Source: Nitrosarchaeum sp. (lineage in GTDB: Archaea > Thermoproteota > Nitrososphaeria > Nitrososphaerales > Nitrosopumilaceae). Taken from it: a stretch of DNA of 32,000 bases. The DNA lies in the NCBI GenBank assembly GCA_018334095.1, contig JAGXTE010000001.1, forward strand, positions 1 to 32,000, written 5' to 3'. Made by a program: the position numbers and the translations under genes. The notes below the pieces were generated by a model that was given only the letters and a program-made list of their open reading frames with translations, was not told the DNA's origin and ran no database searches. This document shows positions 1 through 8,587 of the stretch, piece by piece (within the stretch, counting starts at the first letter, position 1; each line of letters starts with the position of its first letter).

Positions 1-158
1 CCAGTTACAAAGAGACTTTGTTTGTCAATAATTGGGTCCACATAGAGACTGTATTCTTGGGTGGATATTGACAGTTTTCCAATATCTAGTCCAAAGATTA
101 TTGCCATGATTCCAATCGAGCCGCCAATTATGGCAATTAGAATAGTGTATGATTTCAC
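1..158 (-). CDS. Partial ORF (first 52 codons; continues past the window start): small hydrophobic membrane protein
   Basis: The reverse frame is open from the window edge to a GTG at 158, with an in-frame stop at 177-179. It encodes VKSYTILIAIIGGSIGIMAIIFGL..., one TM helix. A TATA-like ATTCTTAATTAT has its CTTAAT core ending 24 nt before the GTG. Confidence 0.3.
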   Translation of the reverse strand, partial: MKSYTILIAIIGGSIGIMAIIFGLDIGKLSISTQEYSLYVDPIIDKQSLFVT

Positions 159-252
159 TGAAGATAGATTGGTTTTCTAATAATTAAGAATAGAGATTAG
201 ATCACATAATTATGCAAAAGATGTTTTTATTTAGTAACACAAATGTTGAATT

Positions 253-1563
253 TTATGGACCATGAGGATCTCCGTCAAGAGCCATACCGTTGATCGAAGT
301 TGGCCTTTGATCAGCGTCATCATCAAAATCACTGGTAAAACCATATCCATCTCCATCAGCATCATTATCGACGGCATTTAGAATACCATCACCGTCAATA
401 TCAAAATCAAAAGTATTTACTAACCCATCTCCGTCAACGTCGTTGTCAATACCATTTGGAATGCCGTCACCGTCAACGTCAGGATCGTGAAAATTAGATA
501 TTGGATCTCCGTTTAGAAATCCATCACCGTCAACGTCAGGATCAGAACCATTTGGAATGCCGTCACCGTCAACGTCAGGATCAGCTCTATTTGGAACATT
601 GTCGCCATCAACGTCAGGATCAATGCCATTTGGAATGCCGTCACCGTCAATATCGGTTTCAGAAGGATTACTATTTAGAAATCCGTCACCGTCAACGTCA
701 GGATCAGAACCATTTGGAATGCCGTCACCGTCAATATCGGTTTCAAAAGGATTACTATTTAGAAATCCGTCACCGTCAATATTAAGATCAAAGCCATTTG
801 GAATGCCGTCACCGTCAACGTCAGGATCAGAACCATTTGGAATGCCGTCACCGTCAACGTCAGGATCAGAACCATTGAATATACTATCTCCGTCAACGTC
901 AGGATCAGAACCATTTGGAATGCCGTCACCGTCAGTGTCAAAAAATGAAATTAGAGATAAAATATTTGCAGATAGTGAACCTGAGCCAGAGATACCATTA
1001 CAAACATAATTGGTAGAATCTACCTCAGATGGAATTGATAATGAATTATTATTGTCATCATCAATCCCCATCATTATTTTCACACCGCCGTTAGGACAGT
1101 TTACTCCTGTGGGTTCAAGTAAAGTAACAATTAATGTTGTAAATCCATTATTTCCAGGCATACCCTGTGCTCCATCAGGACCGGTTTCACCTTGTGGACC
1201 TGCTGGACCGGTTTCACCTTGTGGACCTGCTGGACCGGTTTCACCTTGTGGACCTGCTGGACCGGTTTCACCTTGTGGACCAGAAGTACCAGCACCTTGT
1301 ATATTTGGCACATCAGTCCAAGTATTTTTTCCAGTCTTTTTGTAAATATTGTAAGTGTCATTATGATTATCGATGTACAAATCACCTACTTTGCCAAGCT
1401 TTGGTAATGGAGGACCATCCCCAGTCCAGACGCGATTTTTTTTGTTGACTTTGCCATCATGTTGGTCATCATCAGAATCTGCAAATGCAGGAATTGATGA
1501 CATTGCTCCACTTGATAGTAATGAGAATACTGCTAAAAACAAAAATAATTTTTTAATTTGCAT
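253..1563 (-). CDS. Secreted collagen-like / thrombospondin-type-3-like calcium-binding repeat protein
   Basis: N-terminal signal peptide ([28 protein letters not shown]). 16 uninterrupted G-X-Y triplets (GPQGETGPA x4). A Cys-containing middle domain (GVNCPNGG...YVCNG). About 15 DxDxDG loops ([13 protein letters not shown]). Confidence 0.85.
   Translation of the reverse strand: MQIKKLFLFLAVFSLLSSGAMSSIPAFADSDDDQHDGKVNKKNRVWTGDGPPLPKLGKVGDLYIDNHNDTYNIYKKTGKNTWTDVPNIQGAGTSGPQGETGPAGPQGETGPAGPQGETGPAGPQGETGPDGAQGMPGNNGFTTLIVTLLEPTGVNCPNGGVKIMMGIDDDNNNSLSIPSEVDSTNYVCNGISGSGSLSANILSLISFFDTDGDGIPNGSDPDVDGDSIFNGSDPDVDGDGIPNGSDPDVDGDGIPNGFDLNIDGDGFLNSNPFETDIDGDGIPNGSDPDVDGDGFLNSNPSETDIDGDGIPNGIDPDVDGDNVPNRADPDVDGDGIPNGSDPDVDGDGFLNGDPISNFHDPDVDGDGIPNGIDNDVDGDGLVNTFDFDIDGDGILNAVDNDADGDGYGFTSDFDDDADQRPTSINGMALDGDPHGP
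311..939 (-). repeat. Coding tandem repeats (39-nt and longer units) encoding DxDxDG calcium-binding loops
   Basis: gtcaacgtcaggatcagaaccatttggaatgccgtcaccgtca recurs at least five times almost exactly (around 541, 691, 811, 850 and 891). Confidence 0.9.
1144..1290 (-). repeat. Collagen G-X-Y coding repeat with perfect 27-nt tandem units
   Basis: ggaccggtttcaccttgtggacctgct is repeated three times perfectly, plus one partial copy (1188-1290). Confidence 0.9.
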
Positions 1564-1637
1564 AAATTATGTTCAAAATTATCCAACATATGAGATAATT
1601 AAAGATGATCAAGTGTCAGAATTTCAACAGACAGCAG

Positions 1638-1919
1638 TTACGATACTACTGAAACACCGTTCCAAAATGCAACCATTCCTTTGATCTTTTTGGCAGCATC
1701 GTTTGGTTCAGCATAGTACCATGCACAGTCTTTGTTGGTTTTTCCGTTAATTGTCACAGAATAGTAATTTGCCATTCCCTTCCATCCACAAAAAGTGGTC
1801 AAATCAGTTTTTTTAAAATATTCAGATTTTATCGAATTGATTGGAAAGTAATGATTTCCCTCAACTATTACAGTATCATCGCTTTCTGCAATTACAACAT
1901 CATTCCAAATTGCTTTCAT
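1638..1919 (-). CDS. DUF427-family protein
   Basis: 93 aa. The pattern IAESDDTVIVEGNHYFP...CGWKGMANYYSV...NKDCAWYYAEP...FWNGV is typical of DUF427. Confidence 0.7.
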   Translation of the reverse strand: MKAIWNDVVIAESDDTVIVEGNHYFPINSIKSEYFKKTDLTTFCGWKGMANYYSVTINGKTNKDCAWYYAEPNDAAKKIKGMVAFWNGVSVVS

Positions 1920-1951
1920 GTTAAAATTTTGTAAAAAACAATATTTAAAAT

Positions 1952-2197
1952 CTAGTTTTTGTCTTGTTCTGGGATTACTGATAAAGTTGTAGTAGAAATT
2001 ACGTATTTTACTTTTCTAATATTTTTTGTAATTGTGTCTTCTAGTTCTTTTGAAGAATTTGCCTCCACTTTGACAAAAATATCAAAAACGCCAAATGTTC
2101 CCCTTGCCTCTTTTACATTATCAATTTTTAGCAATTCGCCCATTACATCCATTTCATGTGCCACTTGGCTTTTTACCAGAACATATGCAGTTTCCAT
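1952..2197 (-). CDS. Stand-alone Lrp/AsnC ligand-binding (RAM) domain protein
   Basis: 81 aa with no HTH. The motif G.FDIFVKVEA is shared with its paralogue at 7450-7698. Its start lies 1 nt after the purF stop, so it appears operon-coupled. Confidence 0.7.
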   Translation of the reverse strand: METAYVLVKSQVAHEMDVMGELLKIDNVKEARGTFGVFDIFVKVEANSSKELEDTITKNIRKVKYVISTTTLSVIPEQDKN

Positions 2198-2198
2198 C

Positions 2199-3632
2199 TT
2201 ATTCTCCCTTCATCTCAAGACGTGTTTTAAACTCTGGGGTAATTCCTAGGGAATCATAGTTTCCAGACGAACATGTAAAACACATTGAATCCTTAGGGAT
2301 TCCAACTGCTGCTGCCAAATTTTCAGCATCGTTATATCCCAAAAAGTCAGCGCCAATGCTCTTTCTTACCATTTCAGTCAATTCAACCTCATTGAGTTCC
2401 TTACCATCAGAAAATGTTGCAAGTTCATCTTGAGATGGAAAATCAATTCCGGCATAGCATGGGAATTTGATTGGAGGATATGTTATTACCATGCTGATTT
2501 TTTTAGCGCCTGCCCTTCTTAGTGCTTGAATAATTGCCTTTGAGCTAGTTCCCCTAACTAGACTGTCATCAATTACTACGACATGTTTTCCTGAAATGAT
2601 TTCTTTGATTGGGATAATCCATCGATTGATCTCAATTCTGTCGCTTTGGTGGGGCTCAATAAAACTACGTAATGGCCCTTTCTTGCTGTATCTGTCTTTG
2701 AGTAACCCCTCATCAAAAGTAATTCCAAGCTCTTGTGCATATCCCAAGGCTGCAGGTCTTGCAGAATCTGGAACTGGAATTACAAGGTCAGCATCTCTTA
2801 TTGGAAATTTCTTTGCCAAAAATCGCCCAATGTTTTTTCTTGAAATGTAGATGTTTGCGCCCTCCATGTTACTTGACGGATGTGCAAAATATGTAAATTC
2901 AAAAGAGCAATGAGCCCTTGATGTGTCTTCAGAGAATCTTTCAGTCTCTAATCCATTTTTGCTTAGTTTGATAAGCTCACCAGGTTTTACATCGCGTTGC
3001 AGTTTTGCGCCAACTGCTGAAACTGCAGAAGATTCGGATGCCACAATGTATGTGTCATCTGATTCCTTGTAACCCAAGACCATCGGTCTGAATCCTTTTG
3101 GATCCCTTGCAGCAAATACGGAATTATCGTCAGAGATAAATGTAAAACAATAAGAACCAACCATCTCATTTTTTAAAATCGATAATGCTTTTCCCATCTG
3201 ACCATTCTCAGAAATTAGCGACACCAATCTTTGTGCAGCAACCAGAGTATCACTTGCATTTTGCGGAGTAAAAGAACAGCCACCTACCAGATTTGATAAC
3301 TCTTGGACATTTGCAATTGTTCCATTATGAGCAATGCATAAGTCCTTTACTTTGAGTGGTTGTGCATTTTCCAAAGTACTTCGTCCCATTGTAGAATAAC
3401 GAACATGTCCGATTACTGCGGGGGATGCATATTCCTCACAGATTTTCTTAAACTCTGAAGATGCTCCTGAAACAAGGCCCAATCTTTTTAGCGGTTCTTT
3501 GTTTGGGATTGCAACACCCCAGGCTTCTTGTCCTCTATGTTGTAAAGCCCTTAGTGCATCAATTGCCATCGGAACGACATTAGTTCCACTAAGACTGAAA
3601 ATTCCAACTACGCCACAATTCTCCTTAACCAT
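2199..3632 (-). CDS. purF: Amidophosphoribosyltransferase
   Basis: N-terminal nucleophile context NCGVVGI. Ntn glutamine amidotransferase region followed by a PRTase motif (VVVIDDSLVRGTS). Overlaps purL by 8 nt. Confidence 0.96.
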   Translation of the reverse strand: MVKENCGVVGIFSLSGTNVVPMAIDALRALQHRGQEAWGVAIPNKEPLKRLGLVSGASSEFKKICEEYASPAVIGHVRYSTMGRSTLENAQPLKVKDLCIAHNGTIANVQELSNLVGGCSFTPQNASDTLVAAQRLVSLISENGQMGKALSILKNEMVGSYCFTFISDDNSVFAARDPKGFRPMVLGYKESDDTYIVASESSAVSAVGAKLQRDVKPGELIKLSKNGLETERFSEDTSRAHCSFEFTYFAHPSSNMEGANIYISRKNIGRFLAKKFPIRDADLVIPVPDSARPAALGYAQELGITFDEGLLKDRYSKKGPLRSFIEPHQSDRIEINRWIIPIKEIISGKHVVVIDDSLVRGTSSKAIIQALRRAGAKKISMVITYPPIKFPCYAGIDFPSQDELATFSDGKELNEVELTEMVRKSIGADFLGYNDAENLAAAVGIPKDSMCFTCSSGNYDSLGITPEFKTRLEMKGE

Positions 3633-5790
3633 GAACTACCAACTCCCTTAACGAATTAAACCAAGTTTTTTGAGCCTTATCAACTCTTAGATCTATGATC
3701 GGTTTGTTTTCTTTGTTTAGTCGGATGTTTTCACCGCCAAATGTTCCAATCATTTTGTAAGATACTTTGCTCTTTTTGAGAAGACCATCTAGTTTTTGGA
3801 GATTTTTCTTGTCTACAACCAGCAAATATCTGGAATGAGTTTCAGAAAACAATGTTCTGTCAACGTCAAGTTTGGGACCTGGAATTTTTTCAAGAGATAC
3901 GTTGCATCCAATTTGATATGTCATGCAAAGCTCTGAAACTGCAACTGCCAGACCGCCTTTGGAGCAATCATGTGCTGCTTTTACCAGTCCTTTGCCAATC
4001 ACATCAAGTACTGTATTCATGTGTGATTTTGATTCTGCAAAATTTACAACGGGGCATTTTCCGCCAACAAACTTGTGAATGTATTCAAAATATTCAGAGC
4101 CACCCATCTCATCTTTTGTGTCACCAATTATCACAATTGTATCACCGGCATCTATCTTATGAGAAAATAATGGGGCCTTGTCAATCAAGCCCAAGATTCC
4201 AATTATAGGGGTTGGTTTTATCGGACCGGTTGGAGTCTCATTGTATAGACTGACCTTTCCGCCAACACATGGAATTTCAAAATATTTTGCAAAATCAGTG
4301 ATTCCTTTTAGAGACTCTAAAAATGTCCAAAAGATTTCAGGATCTTCTGGATTTCCAAACTGCAAATGATCAAGCATTCCAATTGGTTTTGCACCAGTAC
4401 AGACAACATTTCTGCATGCTTCCTCAAAGCAACCAATTGCACCTTCCCTTGGATTGATGTAGCAGTGTTTTGGATTGCCGTCAATTTTTGCAGATAAAAA
4501 TTTGCCATTATCTAATCGAAGCACAGATGCGTCTTTGCCAGGTTTTACTACCGTCCTAATTCCTACCTCATGATCATACTGGCCATACACCCAGATTTTG
4601 CTTGCAATGTTTGGCGCTGCAAGAAATTTCATCATCATTTTTGAATAATCAGAAATTGGTTTGAGTTTCTTTTCTTTTTCGATATTTTCTAGATATGCAG
4701 GTTTTTTTGATGGTCTGTCCAAAAGTTTGGCGTTTGCAACAACGTCAGTTGGAAGATTTGCACAAGTCTTGCTTCCCTGCTTTACATGCATCATGTTATC
4801 AAAAGTAACATGGCCAATAACAGAACAGGATATGCGGAATTTCTTACAGATTTCTTCTAGTTTTTTTAATTTCTCAGTATTTGTAACAATTAGCATTCTC
4901 TCCTGAGATTCAGATACCATTATCTCATCTGGGTTCATGTCAGATTCTCTCGTGTGAACCTTGTTTACATCCATCTCAATTCCAATGGATAAGGCATCGG
5001 CAGTTTCAGAAACAGCACAGGACAGTCCACCGCCGCCAAGGTCCTTCATTGCATGAATTAGTTTCTGATTTCTTGCCTCAAGAATTGCCTCGATGATTAA
5101 TTTTTCAATAAATGGATCTGGGATTTGGACTGCTGATCTGTTTTCAGACTCTAATGAATCAGATGCAAACTGAGAGCCGCCTATGCCGTCTCTTCCAGTA
5201 GAGCCGCCAAGCAATACTACAATGTCTCCTTTTTTTGCATGATTTTTTATCAAACTTGATTTCTTGCCAAATCCAATTGCTGCAACATCAACTAGAGCAT
5301 AATTTGTATAACATTCATCAAATTCAACCTCACCGCCAATTGTAGGAATTCCTAAACAGTTTCCATAATCTGCAATTCCGGTAACTGCATTTTTAAAAAG
5401 CCATCTTGCTTGCAAGTCTTTTTCAATGTCTCCAAATCTCAGACCATCAAAGATTGCAATTGGTCTGGTTCCAGCAGACAAGATATCTCGGATAACACCG
5501 CCAACCCCAGTTGCAGCCCCACCATATGGCTCAACTGCAGACGGATGATTATGACTTTCAATGTGAGCTGTAATTACATAACCATCTCCGATATCAAGTA
5601 CGCCAGAATCATATCCCTTTTCAGAAATTACCAGAGGCCCTTTCATCGGTAACATTTTGAGATGTTTCTTTGATGACTTGTATGAGCAATGCTCTGACCA
5701 TTCAGCAGCTACAATTTGTAATTCGGTAGATGTTGGTTTTCGTCCAATCTTTGATGTAAGGTCATCTAGTTCTTGGGGTTCTAGACTCAA
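3625..5790 (-). CDS. purL: Phosphoribosylformylglycinamidine synthase subunit II
   Basis: 721 aa. Typical PurL motifs are present (EHCSYKSS, IESHNHPSAVEPYGGAATGVGGVIRD, duplicated AIR-synthase-like domains). Confidence 0.96.
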   Translation of the reverse strand: MSLEPQELDDLTSKIGRKPTSTELQIVAAEWSEHCSYKSSKKHLKMLPMKGPLVISEKGYDSGVLDIGDGYVITAHIESHNHPSAVEPYGGAATGVGGVIRDILSAGTRPIAIFDGLRFGDIEKDLQARWLFKNAVTGIADYGNCLGIPTIGGEVEFDECYTNYALVDVAAIGFGKKSSLIKNHAKKGDIVVLLGGSTGRDGIGGSQFASDSLESENRSAVQIPDPFIEKLIIEAILEARNQKLIHAMKDLGGGGLSCAVSETADALSIGIEMDVNKVHTRESDMNPDEIMVSESQERMLIVTNTEKLKKLEEICKKFRISCSVIGHVTFDNMMHVKQGSKTCANLPTDVVANAKLLDRPSKKPAYLENIEKEKKLKPISDYSKMMMKFLAAPNIASKIWVYGQYDHEVGIRTVVKPGKDASVLRLDNGKFLSAKIDGNPKHCYINPREGAIGCFEEACRNVVCTGAKPIGMLDHLQFGNPEDPEIFWTFLESLKGITDFAKYFEIPCVGGKVSLYNETPTGPIKPTPIIGILGLIDKAPLFSHKIDAGDTIVIIGDTKDEMGGSEYFEYIHKFVGGKCPVVNFAESKSHMNTVLDVIGKGLVKAAHDCSKGGLAVAVSELCMTYQIGCNVSLEKIPGPKLDVDRTLFSETHSRYLLVVDKKNLQKLDGLLKKSKVSYKMIGTFGGENIRLNKENKPIIDLRVDKAQKTWFNSLRELVVHG

Positions 5791-6467
5791 TTTTTAACAC
5801 CAATTGTTTTAATCAGTGATTCAAAAATTAGAGAAGACGGTTTATTGTCAATTGGGTTAATCGCAGACTCGGCTGCTCTTTCTGGATGAGGCATCATTCC
5901 AACAACATTTCCATCCTCGTTGCAAACACCGGCTATCCTGTCAGTAGAACCGTTTATCACTTCCTCGTATCTAAAAACAATTTGATTATTTTTCTTTAAT
6001 TTTTTTAGCGTATCATTATCGACATAATATCTGCCCTCACCATTTGCAATTGGGATGGGAATCTTTTGATTTAATTTCAGTTTGTTTGTAAATGGAGTCT
6101 TGTTATTTTCAACTATCAAATTAGTCCAGCCACACATAAAATTCAGCGATGTATTTTTGAGCAATGCCCCTGGCAGTAAACCCGCCTCAACTAGAATCTG
6201 GAATCCGTTGCATACCCCCAAAATAGGAATTCCTTTGTCTGCCATCTTTCTTACATCGTTAATTATTGGGCTATGAGCTGCAATTGCCCCAGACCTTAGT
6301 CTGTCACCATAAGAAAATCCACCCGGAAGGATAACAGCATCGATGTTTTTTGGTAGTCCTTTTTCATGCCAAAAATACTGGGCATCTAGATTAAAGACAT
6401 CAGTTAGAACGTGATACATGTCACGATCGCAGTTACTGCCTGGAAAAACTATTACCCCTACCTTCAC
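5787..6467 (-). CDS. purQ: Phosphoribosylformylglycinamidine synthase glutaminase subunit
   Basis: Class-I glutamine amidotransferase. MKVGVIVFPGSNCDRD, catalytic GVCNGFQIL, and HPER near the C-terminus. 4-nt overlap with purL. Confidence 0.95.
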   Translation of the reverse strand: MKVGVIVFPGSNCDRDMYHVLTDVFNLDAQYFWHEKGLPKNIDAVILPGGFSYGDRLRSGAIAAHSPIINDVRKMADKGIPILGVCNGFQILVEAGLLPGALLKNTSLNFMCGWTNLIVENNKTPFTNKLKLNQKIPIPIANGEGRYYVDNDTLKKLKKNNQIVFRYEEVINGSTDRIAGVCNEDGNVVGMMPHPERAAESAINPIDNKPSSLIFESLIKTIGVKN

Positions 6468-6560
6468 ACTTTGATTTATCGACAGAGATATTTAATTTGA
6501 GTCTAGTCAAAAACTCCAAAAATAAACAATTAGTTGATCGCTATTTGCAACTAGAATAGT

Positions 6561-6827
6561 TTAGGATGCATCAAAGACATCAATTGTGACTTTGCTTACC
6601 ATTGGATTGTAGATTCTTAATTCATCACATATTTTCTGTACCTTTGCTTGCGCAGATTTTTTGTCTTTTTCTTTGATTGTAAATTTTAGCATCTTTGCGG
6701 TCTTTATTTTAGATATTGAAGAGTCTCCGCCTTTCAACACCAAGTCATTAAGAATTGTTTCCCCTTCAGGATCGCTGATGCCAGGTTTGTTTTCAATTGT
6801 TACATGAACGTTAAAGACGGCCAACAA
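6561..6827 (-). CDS. purS: Phosphoribosylformylglycinamidine synthase subunit PurS
   Basis: 88 aa. V.V..KPGISDPEG..I...L matches the PurS fold signature. TTG start. Lies upstream of purQ. Confidence 0.88.
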   Translation of the reverse strand: MLAVFNVHVTIENKPGISDPEGETILNDLVLKGGDSSISKIKTAKMLKFTIKEKDKKSAQAKVQKICDELRIYNPMVSKVTIDVFDAS

Positions 6828-6881
6828 GTTGGAAAATCAAAAAGAGGTTAATCTATCTTCCTACAAGATTTTAAGAATAAA

Positions 6882-7088
6882 TCATTTTTCTGTTTCTGCA
6901 ACTGTCTTGTTTTCTAATACTGGTTTTGGGGGCGGTTGTGCTTTTATGATATCTGATGACTTTTGTTTTGATTCAAAATCCTCAAATGCAATTTCAGCTT
7001 GATATGTTACAATTTGGTGCAGTCCTGCCAACACTCCCAAAATAGCAACTGCTCCAAGTACATACACAATAACTGTGGCTGGTTTCAA
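6882..7088 (-). CDS. Small single-pass membrane protein
   Basis: 68 aa with an N-terminal TM helix (ATVIVYVLGAVAILGVLAGL). TTG start exactly 23 nt downstream of the CTTAAG promoter-cassette core. Confidence 0.55.
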   Translation of the reverse strand: MKPATVIVYVLGAVAILGVLAGLHQIVTYQAEIAFEDFESKQKSSDIIKAQPPPKPVLENKTVAETEK

Positions 7089-7109
7089 TAATTTTAAAAA
7101 ATGTGTATG

Positions 7110-7123
7110 AACTTAAGGGTTTA
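7110..7123 (-). promoter_or_regulatory. Promoter cassette copy 1 (gene-sense TAAACCCTTAAGTT)
   Basis: Putative BRE/TATA-like element. The CTTAAG core at 7112-7117 ends 23 nt before the TTG at 7088. Confidence 0.5.
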
Positions 7124-7145
7124 TGAATGATGATCGAATGTAAAA

Positions 7146-7167
7146 AAATTCCCAATTACGGGAATTT
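7146..7167. promoter_or_regulatory. Perfect 8-bp inverted repeat AAATTCCC-N6-GGGAATTT between divergent promoters
   Basis: Read directly from the sequence. It lies between the promoter of 6882-7088 (-) and that of 7233-7418 (+). Confidence 0.35.
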
Positions 7168-7232
7168 CTAAAATCGTCTGTGACTATAGAAAATGACATC
7201 TAGTTAAATCCTGATATGTTTCATACTAGATA

Positions 7233-7418
7233 ATGAATTATTCATTTGAAAACGATTCATTGAGAAATGAGGAATTATCAAGATCACTTGATTCCATTGT
7301 AAAGTGTTACCAATGCTTGTCAAATGAGAATCTATGCTGGTTTCATTCAGAATCTGTAAAGACAGTTCTAATTGGAGAAACAAAATCAACAATCTTCAAA
7401 TTAAAAAATAACAGATAG
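7233..7418 (+). CDS. Small hypothetical protein (61 aa) with CYQC...CWFH
   Basis: Preferred over the antisense ORF 7204-7392 because the TTAAAT of a TATA-like TTAAATCC ends 23 nt before this ATG. A possible Zn-binding Cys/His set is present. Confidence 0.45.
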   Translation: MNYSFENDSLRNEELSRSLDSIVKCYQCLSNENLCWFHSESVKTVLIGETKSTIFKLKNNR

Positions 7419-7449
7419 GTTATATCGCCGAAATAACACTACTAGTGTA

Positions 7450-7698
7450 TTGCAGACATACATTTTACTTACTTGTAATCCAGGACATGAAAAGGAGGTA
7501 ATAACTCATCTAAGAAGCATAAAGGGAGTAATGGAGGTAAATGGCATTTGGGGCAAATACGATATTTTTGTCAAAGTAGAACATGATGCAGAATATGGAT
7601 TAGACAAGTTTGTAGAGATTTTAAGAAAGATTGAAAACATCACCAGTACATACACCATGCCAGTCTTGTTTGGACAAGGCGGAAGCATAGACGATTAA
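7450..7698 (+). CDS. Stand-alone Lrp/AsnC ligand-binding (RAM) domain protein, second paralogue
   Basis: 82 aa. GKYDIFVKVEH motif. TTG start with TTATAT centred about 27 nt upstream. Confidence 0.7.
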   Translation: MQTYILLTCNPGHEKEVITHLRSIKGVMEVNGIWGKYDIFVKVEHDAEYGLDKFVEILRKIENITSTYTMPVLFGQGGSIDD

Positions 7699-7712
7699 AA
7701 AAAAGAAAAAAG

Positions 7713-8495
7713 CTAGTTGCTTCCAATTAGGAAGACAACGTTTACACTTGTATTGACATCTTGGTCAGATGAAAATATCGGTGTTGGGGCTGATGACTTT
7801 GCAATTCCATCATATGCCATTTCATACATTGGCATTGGGTATGGCATTGAAAATTCAGATAGTGAAACTGCTTTTACTCCAATTATCTTGTAATTGAGTG
7901 GAGCTAATGCAAGTTCAGCTTTTGACTTTGCATTGAGAACTGCTTCTGCTAAAAGTTCATCTTTTAGTTTTGATGCAGATTCAGGAGATAGTGAAAAGTA
8001 TACGCTATCTACTCTGTTTACTCCTGCCTCAACTGCGCCGTCAATTATGGCAGCTAAACTGTTAAGCTTTGAAGTTTCAACATGAATGATGTTGCTTACT
8101 CTATATCCAATTAGTTCTTGGGTATATCTTCCAGTTTTCTCATCCTGATAACTATCATACACAGGATAGATGTTAAACTGGGATGTACTGATCTCAGAAT
8201 CAGTGATTCCTACTTGCTTTATTGCAGCAATCACTTTGTTCATCAATTCAGAGTTTGAAGCCAATGCATCTTTTGCAGTTTTTTCTTGAATTTCAACACC
8301 AAAACTAATGTTTGCAAGGTTTGGCTTTACACTTGAGATTGCGTTACCGGTAACTGAGATCACTTTTTCCCGTGATGGAAAAGGAGTGACTTCTTCTTGA
8401 GCTACTGCATTTGGGGTAACAGAGATTGCACCCACAGTTACAGAGACTACCAGTACAGCAATCATTGCTGTAAAGATTTGTTTTGAATGTTTCAT
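7713..8495 (-). CDS. SIMPL/DUF541-family secreted protein
   Basis: N-terminal signal or anchor. VISVTGNA...VKPNLANISFGVE...AKDA...N...M..VI..IK..GI....I.T..FNIYPVY is typical of DUF541. Confidence 0.75.
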   Translation of the reverse strand: MKHSKQIFTAMIAVLVVSVTVGAISVTPNAVAQEEVTPFPSREKVISVTGNAISSVKPNLANISFGVEIQEKTAKDALASNSELMNKVIAAIKQVGITDSEISTSQFNIYPVYDSYQDEKTGRYTQELIGYRVSNIIHVETSKLNSLAAIIDGAVEAGVNRVDSVYFSLSPESASKLKDELLAEAVLNAKSKAELALAPLNYKIIGVKAVSLSEFSMPYPMPMYEMAYDGIAKSSAPTPIFSSDQDVNTSVNVVFLIGSN

Positions 8496-8587
8496 GATTA
8501 TACAATGAATAATTTTGTAGATAAGGTTTGATTAAATTTCAATTTAACAACAAGCATTATTAAGAGATTCAAAATTTTACTCCTTCG

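Noticed and set aside
311-939. Regularly spaced near-identical repeats that look superficially like a CRISPR array
   Set aside because: The repeats are in-frame coding units of one long ORF. The 'spacers' are themselves repeated and of variable length. No leader or cas genes are present.
501-1684. Eight overlapping ORFs from the track (501-785+, 557-1009+, 759-941-, 1010-1345+, 1131-1385-, 1167-1448+, 1192-1407+, 1373-1684+)
   Set aside because: All lie inside or antisense to the repeat-rich gene 253-1563. Their open frames are a by-product of the periodic, stop-poor repeats (translations such as [13 protein letters not shown] or PSPSTSGS repeats). The 436-aa frame with a signal peptide plus collagen and DxDxDG motifs explains the region.
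2596-6276. Internal and antisense ORFs within purF, purL and purQ (for example 2596-2850+, 2987-3169-, 3852-4208+, 4178-4369+, 4317-4508-, 4661-4906+, 5410-5652+, 6082-6276+)
   Set aside because: They are fully contained in confidently identified purine-biosynthesis genes and show no independent signals.
7204-7392. 62-aa minus-strand ORF
   Set aside because: It is antisense to 7233-7418 (+), which has a TATA-like element at the canonical 23-nt spacing and a more protein-like sequence. The minus ORF has no such promoter.
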